30,238 nucleotides of DNA from Deltaproteobacteria bacterium (GCA_032128115.1 JAQBHB010000110.1:1-30238); one strand, 5' to 3'. Shown: positions 20,013-28,278, counted from the stretch's first letter. Notes: generated by a model from the sequence alone, not told the origin. Made by a program: numbers and translations.

Positions 20013-22088
20013 ATGAAGATCTTCGTACGCGTGTTTGCGATCTGCGGTCTGATCCTGGGGCTGTGTGCGGGGGCCCTCGCTCTGTTCATGCCCCGCATCG
20101 TCGACAGCGATTGGGTGCGCCAACGCATCGAGACCCTCGCGCTCGAAGCGCTGGGACGAGAGGTCCGCTATCGGGATCTCGACTTCGGCGTATTCCCGCC
20201 CTCTCTGCTGCTGGTGGAGCCGACCGTGGCCGGGGCAACCGCCGACGCGGCGCCGCTCGTGAAAGCGGATCAGATCGCGCTGCGGGTGGCCCTGCTCCCC
20301 CTCTTCGCCCGATCCATCGTGATCGACTCGCTCGCGATCGACGGTGCCACGCTGCGACTGGTCCGCACCCGCGACGGCATCGAGTTCCCCGTTCTTCCCG
20401 TTCCTCCCGAATCGCCGCTGCCGGACCCGGCGACGACGGACGCTGCCCACGTCGAAGTCGGGGTCGAGGAGGGGCTCGGACTGGCGCTGCGCGGATTCGA
20501 GCTCAGCGACGCGACGCTGATCCTGGAGGATCGGGCCTCGTCTCCTCCAGTCATCTGGGAACTGGGGAACATCGCCGCCAGCGCGCGTGGCGAGTCTCTC
20601 GACGCTCCGCTGGAATTCGAACTCGACTCCGAACTCGCAAGCGGTGGCGTTCTCGCCATGCGCGGCACCGCGAGTCTCTCGGGCGAGATCGAGTTCTCGC
20701 TGACCCTCGACGCGCTGTCCCTGGCCCAGATCCGTCCCTACCTGGGCGACGACTTCGAACTCGGCGGCACCCTGAGCGGGACCGTAGAATTGCTGGTGAA
20801 TCTCACAGACGCGGCCGTCGCCCCAACCGGACACTTCGACCTGGACGCGACCGGGGCCGCGTTCCAATACGGCGATGCATTCGTGAAGCCGGTCGGAACC
20901 GCAGCCCTGCTTTCGGGCCAGATCGTATCCGAAGCCGGCAACCCCGGTGTCGACGAGCTCGGGTTGACGCTCAGGAATCTCGAGGCCACGGGCAGATTGC
21001 GCACCGGTGAGCGCATGCGAGCGTCGATTCATGCCGCGCCGTTCGACCTGACGGGTTGGGAGGCGCTGGTTCCGGCTCTCACCGGGTACGACGTTTCGGG
21101 CCGGGTGAGTGCCGTGGATCTCGCGATCGCGACCGATCCCCTCGACCTGCGTGGCACCCTGAGCCTCGACGAGGTGACGCTGACCCTGCCCGAGCAGGCT
21201 GATGTGGTGCTGCGCGGCGACGTGGTCGCCCAGGGCGACGGGGCCGCTACCCGGAACTTCAGCCTGGCGGTGGCAGGTCAGGTCCTCTCGGTCGAGGGCT
21301 CGATTCACGAGCTGGCGAAGACCCCGCACTACCGGCTTCGATTCGACACGGAGGCTGCGGACACCAATCGTCTGGTCAGCGTCTTCGCCGGCAAGCGCGA
21401 TGCCGTCTTCGGACCGCTCGATGCCCACGGCGACGTCTCCGGCCGGATCGACGCGCCCCTCGAAAGCCTGGAGGGAAGCGTTCGCTTCGACATCACCAAT
21501 GGCCGCGTGGTCGGGGTGTCGCTGCTCCAGGAGGTGTTCGACAGCTTCGGCAGCCTGGGAGCGGCGGCCCAGGTAGCGGGAGCTGCCTTCGGCGGGCCCA
21601 ATCTCCAGCGCTTCTACGGCGACGACTTCGAGGCGATCCGCGGGACCCTGGATCTCGCTGCCGGCGCCGTCCGGACGGACGACTTCCACATGCTCTACCG
21701 GGACTATCGCGTGGATCTCTCGGGCGCGATCGGGCTCACCGATCTGGCCCTCGACATGCGCGGCAAGCTCACGATCTTCGAACCGGTCGACGCCGCCGTC
21801 GCGGCCGACGCCGGCGCCAGCGAGGCGCGTCCCACGCGCCGTGAGATTCCGCTTGCGGCCGTGGGCGGAACCCTCGACGCACCGCGGGTCCGGGTGACGG
21901 CGGACGTGGCGCGCGGCTTCGCGGCCAGCTATGGCCTGCGCGGCAAACCCGGCCGAAAGCTCGAGGACGCGATCGACAAGAATCTCGGCAAGGGCACCGG
22001 CGGGATCGTGGTGGATGTCCTGGAGGACATCCTCGGCGGCAAACGCACCCCTACTGAGCGACGAACAACGCCTTCTCCAGGGTCCTGA
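20013..22088 (+). CDS. AsmA-like family protein
   Basis: N-terminal TM anchor; ALLPLFARSIVIDSLAIDGATLRLVR typical of the AsmA N-terminus; beta-rich body; C-terminal IPLAAVGGTLDAPRV. Confidence 0.75.
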   Translation: MKIFVRVFAICGLILGLCAGALALFMPRIVDSDWVRQRIETLALEALGREVRYRDLDFGVFPPSLLLVEPTVAGATADAAPLVKADQIALRVALLPLFARSIVIDSLAIDGATLRLVRTRDGIEFPVLPVPPESPLPDPATTDAAHVEVGVEEGLGLALRGFELSDATLILEDRASSPPVIWELGNIAASARGESLDAPLEFELDSELASGGVLAMRGTASLSGEIEFSLTLDALSLAQIRPYLGDDFELGGTLSGTVELLVNLTDAAVAPTGHFDLDATGAAFQYGDAFVKPVGTAALLSGQIVSEAGNPGVDELGLTLRNLEATGRLRTGERMRASIHAAPFDLTGWEALVPALTGYDVSGRVSAVDLAIATDPLDLRGTLSLDEVTLTLPEQADVVLRGDVVAQGDGAATRNFSLAVAGQVLSVEGSIHELAKTPHYRLRFDTEAADTNRLVSVFAGKRDAVFGPLDAHGDVSGRIDAPLESLEGSVRFDITNGRVVGVSLLQEVFDSFGSLGAAAQVAGAAFGGPNLQRFYGDDFEAIRGTLDLAAGAVRTDDFHMLYRDYRVDLSGAIGLTDLALDMRGKLTIFEPVDAAVAADAGASEARPTRREIPLAAVGGTLDAPRVRVTADVARGFAASYGLRGKPGRKLEDAIDKNLGKGTGGIVVDVLEDILGGKRTPTERRTTPSPGS

Positions 22089-22638
22089 AGAAATCCTGAT
22101 ACGGCTCCGGGTCCTCGATCGGGCGCAGATAGAACTGCGCAGATGCGCGCACGATCAGCTGGCTCTCGTTTCGCTGGCGCACGGTCACCGTCAACCGCAC
22201 GAGATCGCTCCGGTGCCAGAAGGGTCCCCACGTGCGATAGCTCTTCGTGAAGACAACGAGACTCTCCTCGTCGTAAAGAAAATAGTAGGGATCGGTGACC
22301 ACCGTCGGTCTCTCGAGACCCGTGAATTTCTTGCCCGTGACGATGCCGAGCTCCTCGTCGAGCACTTCCACCTGGAACCCGAGATCCTGGAAGGTGGCGA
22401 CGACGGCCTCGAGGGTGCGCGTCTTGTCGGAAGTATCCAGGACGCGGCTCTGGGCAGCGCGCACCTTCACCTGGCTCGCTTCGGCCTGCCAGATCTGGCC
22501 GCGGGAATCCCACTGGATCTCGTGGCGCGCAGCATAGGGCGAGCAGGCCAGCGAGATCGGGCACGCCGCCAGGACCGCGAGAGCCCCCAGGCGGCGCCGG
22601 GTGCGAGCGGGGCCCTCCGGCGGTTGCAGCACCATCAC
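22051..22638 (-). CDS. Putative lipoprotein, QDLGF-family paralog C
   Basis: Signal peptide ending SLAC; motifs AQSRVLD, FQDLGF and PIEDPEPYQDFFRTLEKALF. Start at 22638 or 22635. Confidence 0.8.
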   Translation of the reverse strand: MMVLQPPEGPARTRRRLGALAVLAACPISLACSPYAARHEIQWDSRGQIWQAEASQVKVRAAQSRVLDTSDKTRTLEAVVATFQDLGFQVEVLDEELGIVTGKKFTGLERPTVVTDPYYFLYDEESLVVFTKSYRTWGPFWHRSDLVRLTVTVRQRNESQLIVRASAQFYLRPIEDPEPYQDFFRTLEKALFVAQ

Positions 22639-22642
22639 CGAC

Positions 22643-23080
22643 TCAATTCCTTCCGATGAACAGGGATCGCTCCAGGGTCGCGAAGAAATTCTGATAGACC
22701 TGCGGGTCGGTGATCGGCTCGTTGTTGTAGATGGCATTGGCCCGGATCAGCATCTTGTCGCCCTCTTGCGGGCGCACGGTCACGGTGACTCCCAGCACAT
22801 CGAAATATTTCGGCTCCGCAAACCGAGCCGCGGTCACCAGGCCCAGCGGCTCGTTGGCGCGCTCGATGATGAAGCCCAGGTCCTGTAGGGCCGCGATGAC
22901 GCCGCGCATGGCCTGATTTCGATCGGTGATGTCGAAGCTGCGCGTCTGCATGTTGCGCAGCTTCATCTGCTCATCGGTAGGGGCCAGCAGATCGGGAGCG
23001 GGCTGCGGAGAGGCGCAGGCCATGATCCCGAGCCCAAGGGCTGCGATCGTGAGCCATCGGAAACCGTTCTCGAGGATCAC
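22643..23080 (-). CDS. Putative lipoprotein, QDLGF-family paralog B
   Basis: GTG at 23080 after AAGGTG; lipobox IMAC; motifs MQTRSFD, LQDLGF and PITDPQVYQNFFATLERSLF. Confidence 0.8.
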   Translation of the reverse strand: MILENGFRWLTIAALGLGIMACASPQPAPDLLAPTDEQMKLRNMQTRSFDITDRNQAMRGVIAALQDLGFIIERANEPLGLVTAARFAEPKYFDVLGVTVTVRPQEGDKMLIRANAIYNNEPITDPQVYQNFFATLERSLFIGRN

Positions 23081-23091
23081 GGCATTCACCT

Positions 23092-23733
23092 TCAGATCTT
23101 GTGGGCTTCGAGAAAGACGGATTTCGCCAATCGCGCGAAGAACTGCTGGTAGATTCCCGGATCCCGAATCATCTCCATCTGCTGCTGGCCCGGTGCGATG
23201 TACTGGTCTCCAGACTGCCCACTCCCCTTCCAGACGAGGCGGTAGAAGAGGATCCGCACCTCGTGCCGTGATCCCCCCTCGTCGATCGGCCTGGTTACCA
23301 GGGACGCGTTGATCTGCTGGTGCAGGTCCACAGGAAGGAGAATCAGCGTGTTCGCTCCGACCGCGAAGCCGGCGGTGCTGATCAGGCCTACCAGGGTCCG
23401 CCCGATCTCCTGGCCATACTGGCGCGCGCTGCGCTCTTTGGCGGCGCGCAGGAGGCCGATCTCGCGAACACTCTCCGAGATCTGGAACCCGAGATCCTGG
23501 AGAACGGCGGCCGAGGCTGAAAGCAGCTCGGCTTCGCCCGAGGTCTCGAAATGCCGGGTCTGCATGGCCTTGTTCGCCGGGCTTTCCGGAGTGAGCTGGA
23601 AGAATTTCCCTGGGTCGGTGTGGGAAACGCAACCCGCTGGCAGCGACAACGCGAGGGCGAGAACCGTCGCTCGTGCGCAGCGGTTGGCGTGGGAGCCGGC
23701 GCGCAGCTCAGAACTGCGAGTAGTTGTACGCAA
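23092..23733 (-). CDS. Putative lipoprotein, QDLGF-family paralog A
   Basis: Hydrophobic stretch ending PAGC; motifs MQTRHFE, LQDLGF and MIRDPGIYQQFFARLAKSVF. The TTG start overlaps the upstream gene and is uncertain. Confidence 0.8.
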   Translation of the reverse strand: MRTTTRSSELRAGSHANRCARATVLALALSLPAGCVSHTDPGKFFQLTPESPANKAMQTRHFETSGEAELLSASAAVLQDLGFQISESVREIGLLRAAKERSARQYGQEIGRTLVGLISTAGFAVGANTLILLPVDLHQQINASLVTRPIDEGGSRHEVRILFYRLVWKGSGQSGDQYIAPGQQQMEMIRDPGIYQQFFARLAKSVFLEAHKI

Positions 23734-24100
23734 AGTCCCGAACCCTGTTTTCCTTGTCGAACTTGATGATGATGGTCAGGGTGCGCTGCGTCGACGAACT
23801 GGTGCTGGAGCCCTGCCCCGCTCCGAAGATGATGATGCTGCCGCCAATCGACTTCGACGTATTGACGCGATCGCTCGAGATCTTGTCGTAGATCCACACC
23901 TCACGTCGCTGATCGTCGGTGGTGATGATGTTGGGAGATCCCAGGATCTGAGCCACCGAGGCCGCGTCCATGCCTTCCTTGATCTCGCCCTGCACCTTGC
24001 CGACGGTCAGCTTGTCGGCATCATCCGGGGGCGGCGGACTCGAGCAGGCGGCAAGCGCCAGCGAGGCAGCGAGGGCCAATAGCATCCCGGTTCGAATCAT
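23708..24100 (-). CDS. BamE/SmpA-OmlA-like lipoprotein
   Basis: GGGAGG RBS; LAAC lipobox; IKEGM....V..ILGSP......WIY...IIKFD...V pattern of the SmpA/OmlA fold. Confidence 0.75.
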   Translation of the reverse strand: MIRTGMLLALAASLALAACSSPPPPDDADKLTVGKVQGEIKEGMDAASVAQILGSPNIITTDDQRREVWIYDKISSDRVNTSKSIGGSIIIFGAGQGSSTSSSTQRTLTIIIKFDKENRVRDFAYNYSQF

Positions 24101-24123
24101 TCTGGAATCCTCCCAAGGTCATT

Positions 24124-24142
24124 GCGGGGGAGAATCCCCCGC
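24124..24142. repeat. Perfect 8-bp inverted repeat GCGGGGGA-GAA-TCCCCCGC
   Basis: Seen directly; 24 nt upstream of the lipoprotein operon start codon. Confidence 0.6.
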
Positions 24143-24247
24143 CTCGACGATGCTGAGAACATCGCCCCATCGCCACACAGTGTCGCTCGTATGGGGGAAA
24201 GCTGACAATCGGATTCCGTCCATTGCCGTGGCCGGTTGGACCAGGAA

Positions 24248-25465
24248 TCAGGTCCGCATGGGGGGCGTTCCCATCGGGTCAAGCCCCGATCCGAAGCGCT
24301 CCCGAACGCCCCGGGCCAAAAACTGGAAGGTCGCCTCGCGCTCGGCGTCGTCTTCCGCAAGCTCGAACTTGACGCCGAATCCATGCGAGCGGGCCATCGC
24401 TTCGGCTGCGCTCAATTTCGCGGCCCCCCGCCGCTCCATGATCCCGGCTGCGCCGGGAACCAGGCGGTGCACGGATCCGAGGCCAAGACCCGCCGCGCGA
24501 AGCAGGCCCAGCCGGGGGTCCCGCGCACCCTCCTCCCCGACGCCAAACCACTCGGGCCCGGAGAGGTACAGATAGAGGTTGCGAATGAACGCCTTGCGTC
24601 GCGCGTTCGCACCGAGCATTCCAGCGATCGTATCCACCATGTTCTCCAGATAGACCACCCCGAAGAGCGCCGGAAAGGTCTGGTGGGCCACCAGGGCACT
24701 CCACAGCTCGCGTTCCTCTTCCAGGGATGCCGTCAGCAGCCGCTCGTCGATCCCGATCACGTACCCGACGTATCGCCACATGTGGTGATGCGCGCGCAGG
24801 TCGTCCCGCGACAGCCGGACGCCCAGACGCGTGATCGAGCGGAGGTTGAGATAATCGAAGAGTCCCAGGGTCATGGCCAGCATCGTCTGGTCGATGGGCG
24901 TGCCCCAGTACGCCTCGACGAAGCCCGGGCTCCGGTCCAGCCAGGCCCGGATCGAGCCGTGGAGCAGACGAACGCGCACGGCCGTCTCGAAGCCGAGAGC
25001 GCCTGGCTCGAGGCCCCCGGGCTTGAGGATCGCGGCGATGAAGGCGCCGGTCTCCTGGATGCGACGGGCCGGATTGCTCCCGAGGCGGCCCGTGGACGAC
25101 GTGACCAGGGCTGCCCGCGCAAACAGGGCACCCGCGAAGAGACTGTGGGTGAGAGACAGGCCGTAGTGGCCCGCGTACGCCAGCGCCAGTCTCTGGCCGC
25201 GCCCCACGAGCTTCGGCTCCAGCCAATCCGGTTGGTGACGCGCCCTCTCGAAGAATTCCCCGGCGCGCTCGTCGCCCGCATCGGCGAGTGCTTGCAGGCG
25301 CTGCAGTTGCGAGCCGTCGGGGTCGTAGGCTTCCTCGTGGAGAGCCTCGGTGGCCCGATCCGCCACCGGATCGCCCTCGTGCATCAGCTGATCGAGGAGT
25401 TCCTCGCTGAAGCGACCGCTGAAGCGGGCGTTGCGATGGTCGACGAGCTGCCCGAGATCCCGCAT
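24248..25465 (-). CDS. Oxygenase of the MpaB / latex-clearing-protein-like (DUF2236) family
   Basis: GDPVAD, PDWL, RRIQETG, VRVRLLHGSIR, WGTPIDQ and HMWRYVGYVIGI motifs. Confidence 0.82.
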   Translation of the reverse strand: MRDLGQLVDHRNARFSGRFSEELLDQLMHEGDPVADRATEALHEEAYDPDGSQLQRLQALADAGDERAGEFFERARHQPDWLEPKLVGRGQRLALAYAGHYGLSLTHSLFAGALFARAALVTSSTGRLGSNPARRIQETGAFIAAILKPGGLEPGALGFETAVRVRLLHGSIRAWLDRSPGFVEAYWGTPIDQTMLAMTLGLFDYLNLRSITRLGVRLSRDDLRAHHHMWRYVGYVIGIDERLLTASLEEERELWSALVAHQTFPALFGVVYLENMVDTIAGMLGANARRKAFIRNLYLYLSGPEWFGVGEEGARDPRLGLLRAAGLGLGSVHRLVPGAAGIMERRGAAKLSAAEAMARSHGFGVKFELAEDDAEREATFQFLARGVRERFGSGLDPMGTPPMRT

Positions 25466-25478
25466 TCCCTGGTTCTCC

Positions 25479-25520
25479 CGGCACGAATCTACCCCAGGGC
25501 GGCACGAATCTACCCCAAGG
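25479..25520. repeat. 21-bp tandem duplication CGGCACGAATCTACCCCA(G/A)GG
   Basis: Two adjacent copies with 1 mismatch, in the divergent intergenic region. Confidence 0.9.
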
Positions 25521-25597
25521 CGCCACGGCTGGGCCGGGGCGGCGAGTCATGCGAAACTATACGCCGTCCGCCGATCGGGCCTCGAGCGAGGGGAGCC

Positions 25598-26647
25598 ATG
25601 TACTTCGAACCCATCCGTAGCGAGAGGGGCTGTGTTTCCTACCTGATCGGGTGCGAGAAGACCTGCGCGGCCATCGTTGTCGACCCCCTGGACGAGCAGA
25701 TCGACCGCTATCTGGCGCTGACCGCCGCCCGCGGCATGCGCATCCGCTACCTGCTCGATACACACACCCACGCGGACCACTTCTCGGCGGTGCGGGAACT
25801 GAGGGATCAGCTCCAGGCTCCCTCCATCATGCACCGCAACAGCCCGGCGCCCTTCGTCGACATCCACGCCGAGGACGGCGAGACCATCATTGTAGGCGAC
25901 CTGCGCCTCGAGCTTGTCCACACCCCGGGGCACACCGCCGATTCGATGTGCGTAGTCCTGCCGGACCGGGTGCTGACCGGTGACACGCTGCTGCTGGGGG
26001 CGACGGGAAGGACCGATCTCCCCAGCGGCGATCCGGACGCCCTGTACGAGAGCCTCTTCCACCGCCTGCTGCCACTCGACGGGTCGCTGCTCGTCTACCC
26101 GGCACACAACTACAAGAACCTGGAGCCCACCACGCTCGAAGAGCAGAAGAAGAGCAACCCGCGCCTCCAGGAGACCGGGCGGGCCGGGTTCGTGGAGATG
26201 ATGAAGAGCCTCAGCCTGGCCATGCCCGACCACCTGACCGAAGCCCTGCGCACCAACCAATCGGGCGGCAAGACCGTGAACCAGATCATCCAGGAAGCGG
26301 CGACGCGGATCTCGTTCATGGCCATGGGCGAGCTGCGCCGGCGCATCGATAGCGGTGAACCCGGCGTGGAGATCCTCGACATCCGGGAGGCGGACGCCTA
26401 TGCGGCGGGGCACATTCCCGGCGCGATCCACCTCCCGCGCGGACAGCTCGAGCTGCGGATCGACTCCATGTTCCCGGACCCGAGGGTGCGCATCCTCAGC
26501 TACTGCGAATTCGGGAAGATCTCGACCCTCGCCGCCGGCACCCTGCATACGATGGGGTTCCAGGGGGCGATTGCCCTCGATGGCGGCATCCGCGCCTGGA
26601 AGGAAGCGGGCCATCCGCTCGAGGTGACGCGTTCCCCTGGAGGCTAG
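25598..26647 (+). CDS. MBL-fold persulfide dioxygenase-like protein fused to a rhodanese domain
   Basis: DTHTHADH, HTPGHT, TGDTLL..ATGRTD and YPAHNY; C-terminal LDIRE...GHIPGA...YCEFGKIS...LDGGIRAW. ATG at 25598 follows GAGGGGAG. Confidence 0.9.
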   Translation: MYFEPIRSERGCVSYLIGCEKTCAAIVVDPLDEQIDRYLALTAARGMRIRYLLDTHTHADHFSAVRELRDQLQAPSIMHRNSPAPFVDIHAEDGETIIVGDLRLELVHTPGHTADSMCVVLPDRVLTGDTLLLGATGRTDLPSGDPDALYESLFHRLLPLDGSLLVYPAHNYKNLEPTTLEEQKKSNPRLQETGRAGFVEMMKSLSLAMPDHLTEALRTNQSGGKTVNQIIQEAATRISFMAMGELRRRIDSGEPGVEILDIREADAYAAGHIPGAIHLPRGQLELRIDSMFPDPRVRILSYCEFGKISTLAAGTLHTMGFQGAIALDGGIRAWKEAGHPLEVTRSPGG

Positions 26648-26669
26648 CGGCTACCCCGACCTGTAGGCG
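26624..26669 (+). repeat. 46-bp direct repeat, left copy
   Basis: GTGACGCGTTCCCCTGGAGGCTAGCGGCTACCCCGACCTGTAGGCG; 43/46 identical to 27542-27587. Confidence 0.92.
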
Positions 26670-26676
26670 GGCCGCC

Positions 26677-27483
26677 TCAGCGCCCGCAGCGTGGCGTGCG
26701 TCCTGCGGCGCGGGCCTCCGCGGACAGCGCGACCGCCTCGCCCATGTGCGACTGCAGGTTCGCGATGCGGTTCACGTTCGACGGATGCGTGGATGCCCAC
26801 TCCGGCGGCGCCTGCCCGGCAGCAGCTGCGCCCATGTTGCGCCACAGTACGACGCTCGACTCGGGATCGAAGCCGGCACGTGCCATCAGGGTCAGACCGA
26901 TCGTGTCGGCCTCGGTCTCGTGTGCGCGGCTGAAGGGCAGGATCACACCGTACTGCGCACCGATCCCGAAGCTCGCCATCACCATCTGCCCGGCCCCGGA
27001 GCTCATGTCGGCAGACTCGACGGCCACTGCCACCGCGGCCTGGGACAGCTGAGCGAGGCTCGCCTGTGAAATACGCTCGTTGCCGTGTCGCGCCAACACG
27101 TGGCCCACCTCGTGGCCGATGACCGCGGCGAGCTGGTCCTGGTTCGTCGCTACTCGGAGCAAGCCTTCGTAGACCCCGATCTTCCGGCCGGGCAGCGCGA
27201 AGGCGTTGACTTCCCGGCTCTGGAAGACCCGCACCTCCCAGCCACTTCGCTGGGACGGCTCGAGCTGATGGACGATCGCCGCCGCGACGCACTCGATGTA
27301 GCGGTTCGTTACCGCATCACCGCTCGTCGGAACGTCCTGCTTCTGCTGCTCGAAGCTGGCAGCGCCCATCTGGTCGAGCTCCACGTCGGAGTACATCAGA
27401 AGCTGGCTTCGGCCGGTGGGTGAGGTCGCGCAGGAGGCGAGGAGAAGCGCCAGGAGCGGCGCCAGCTTGCGAAGAACCCCCAT
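26677..27483 (-). CDS. M48 family zinc metallopeptidase lipoprotein
   Basis: LASC lipobox; NAFALPG, HEVGH (HExxH), FSRAHETEAD and STHP motifs. Confidence 0.93.
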   Translation of the reverse strand: MGVLRKLAPLLALLLASCATSPTGRSQLLMYSDVELDQMGAASFEQQKQDVPTSGDAVTNRYIECVAAAIVHQLEPSQRSGWEVRVFQSREVNAFALPGRKIGVYEGLLRVATNQDQLAAVIGHEVGHVLARHGNERISQASLAQLSQAAVAVAVESADMSSGAGQMVMASFGIGAQYGVILPFSRAHETEADTIGLTLMARAGFDPESSVVLWRNMGAAAAGQAPPEWASTHPSNVNRIANLQSHMGEAVALSAEARAAGRTPRCGR

Positions 27484-27541
27484 GGAAATCTCCTCCAGAC
27501 CAAGCTCTGCGTCACCGCCGCCGCGCCCGATACGCCCCGAA

Positions 27542-27587
27542 GTGACGCGTTCCCCTGGAGGCTAGCGGCTATCCTGACCCGTAGGCG
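27542..27587 (+). repeat. 46-bp direct repeat, right copy
   Basis: GTGACGCGTTCCCCTGGAGGCTAGCGGCTATCCTGACCCGTAGGCG. Confidence 0.92.
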
Positions 27588-28278
27588 AGGCTTCGGCGGA
27601 ATGCCCCGCTTCCGGATCGGGAGCCGCAAAGATGTCCTTGCCCCACTCCAGGTAGCTTGCGGTGGCGTCCTCGCTCTCGAGGGCCACGACGCCGCGATCG
27701 CCATCGATGGCGTGCGTCGTGATGGTGCGCCAGTGGAACTTCACGCCGATGTCACGGCTCACCTGTCCCACCCAGACGGGCTGAGCCTCGAACGTGAAGG
27801 GCGCCAGCCACAAGCGCAGGTGGTTGCGCTCGTGAATGGTGTCGCGCGCCTTCTGGAAGGCGACGTCCTGGCGCCGCCCGAAGGCGTAGAGGTTGCTCAC
27901 TGGCGAATAGCGGTATTCGGAACCCGAGAGGAACGACCTGGCGGTTCGCAGGCCCGTTCGGGTGGTGACCACCTCGGTCTCGTCCCAGCCGGCGCGGGTG
28001 AAGCCCTCCAGCAGCGCCGGACCGGATGCCACGACCACGAGATTCATGGGGTCACCGTTGCGGTCACCCTTCTTGTTCGTCACGCAGCAGGGGAGCGCGG
28101 ACAGCGTCTCGAAGAGCTCCCGGCCCGAGAGGTCGGGAATCTCCAGGCCTTCGTAGAGCACCTCGACGAAGAGGGTGAACTGCTCGGTCGCTCCCGGACT
28201 CATCAGGACGACGTTGACCTGCTTGGTTCCCTCGTCGATGTGGGTGAAGACGAAGCCGGACCGGGTGTCGCCGGCCAC
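27562..28278 (-). pseudogene. LssY C-terminal domain gene, apparently 5'-truncated
   Basis: GDPMNLV, AGW, SPVSNLYAFGRRQDVAFQK, RNHLRLW, VWVGQVSRDIG and THAID motifs. It begins abruptly where pgm homology ends and has no signal peptide. Confidence 0.7.

Noticed and set aside
23081..23632. N-terminal extension of ORF 22643-23632
   Set aside because: It is an alternate frame of paralog A; the signal peptide and lipobox start near 23080.
25479..25520. 21-bp repeats as a mini-CRISPR
   Set aside because: The copies are adjacent with no spacer.
24236..25597. Apparent 803-aa protein with a long N-terminal extension on the MBL-rhodanese
   Set aside because: The extension is the antisense shadow of the oxygenase gene; a good RBS and ATG lie at 25598.
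26624..27587. 46-bp repeats as a CRISPR array or integron attC sites
   Set aside because: There are only two copies, separated by an 872-bp gene-containing interval. I saw no cas or intI genes, no GTTRRRY core and no long palindrome.
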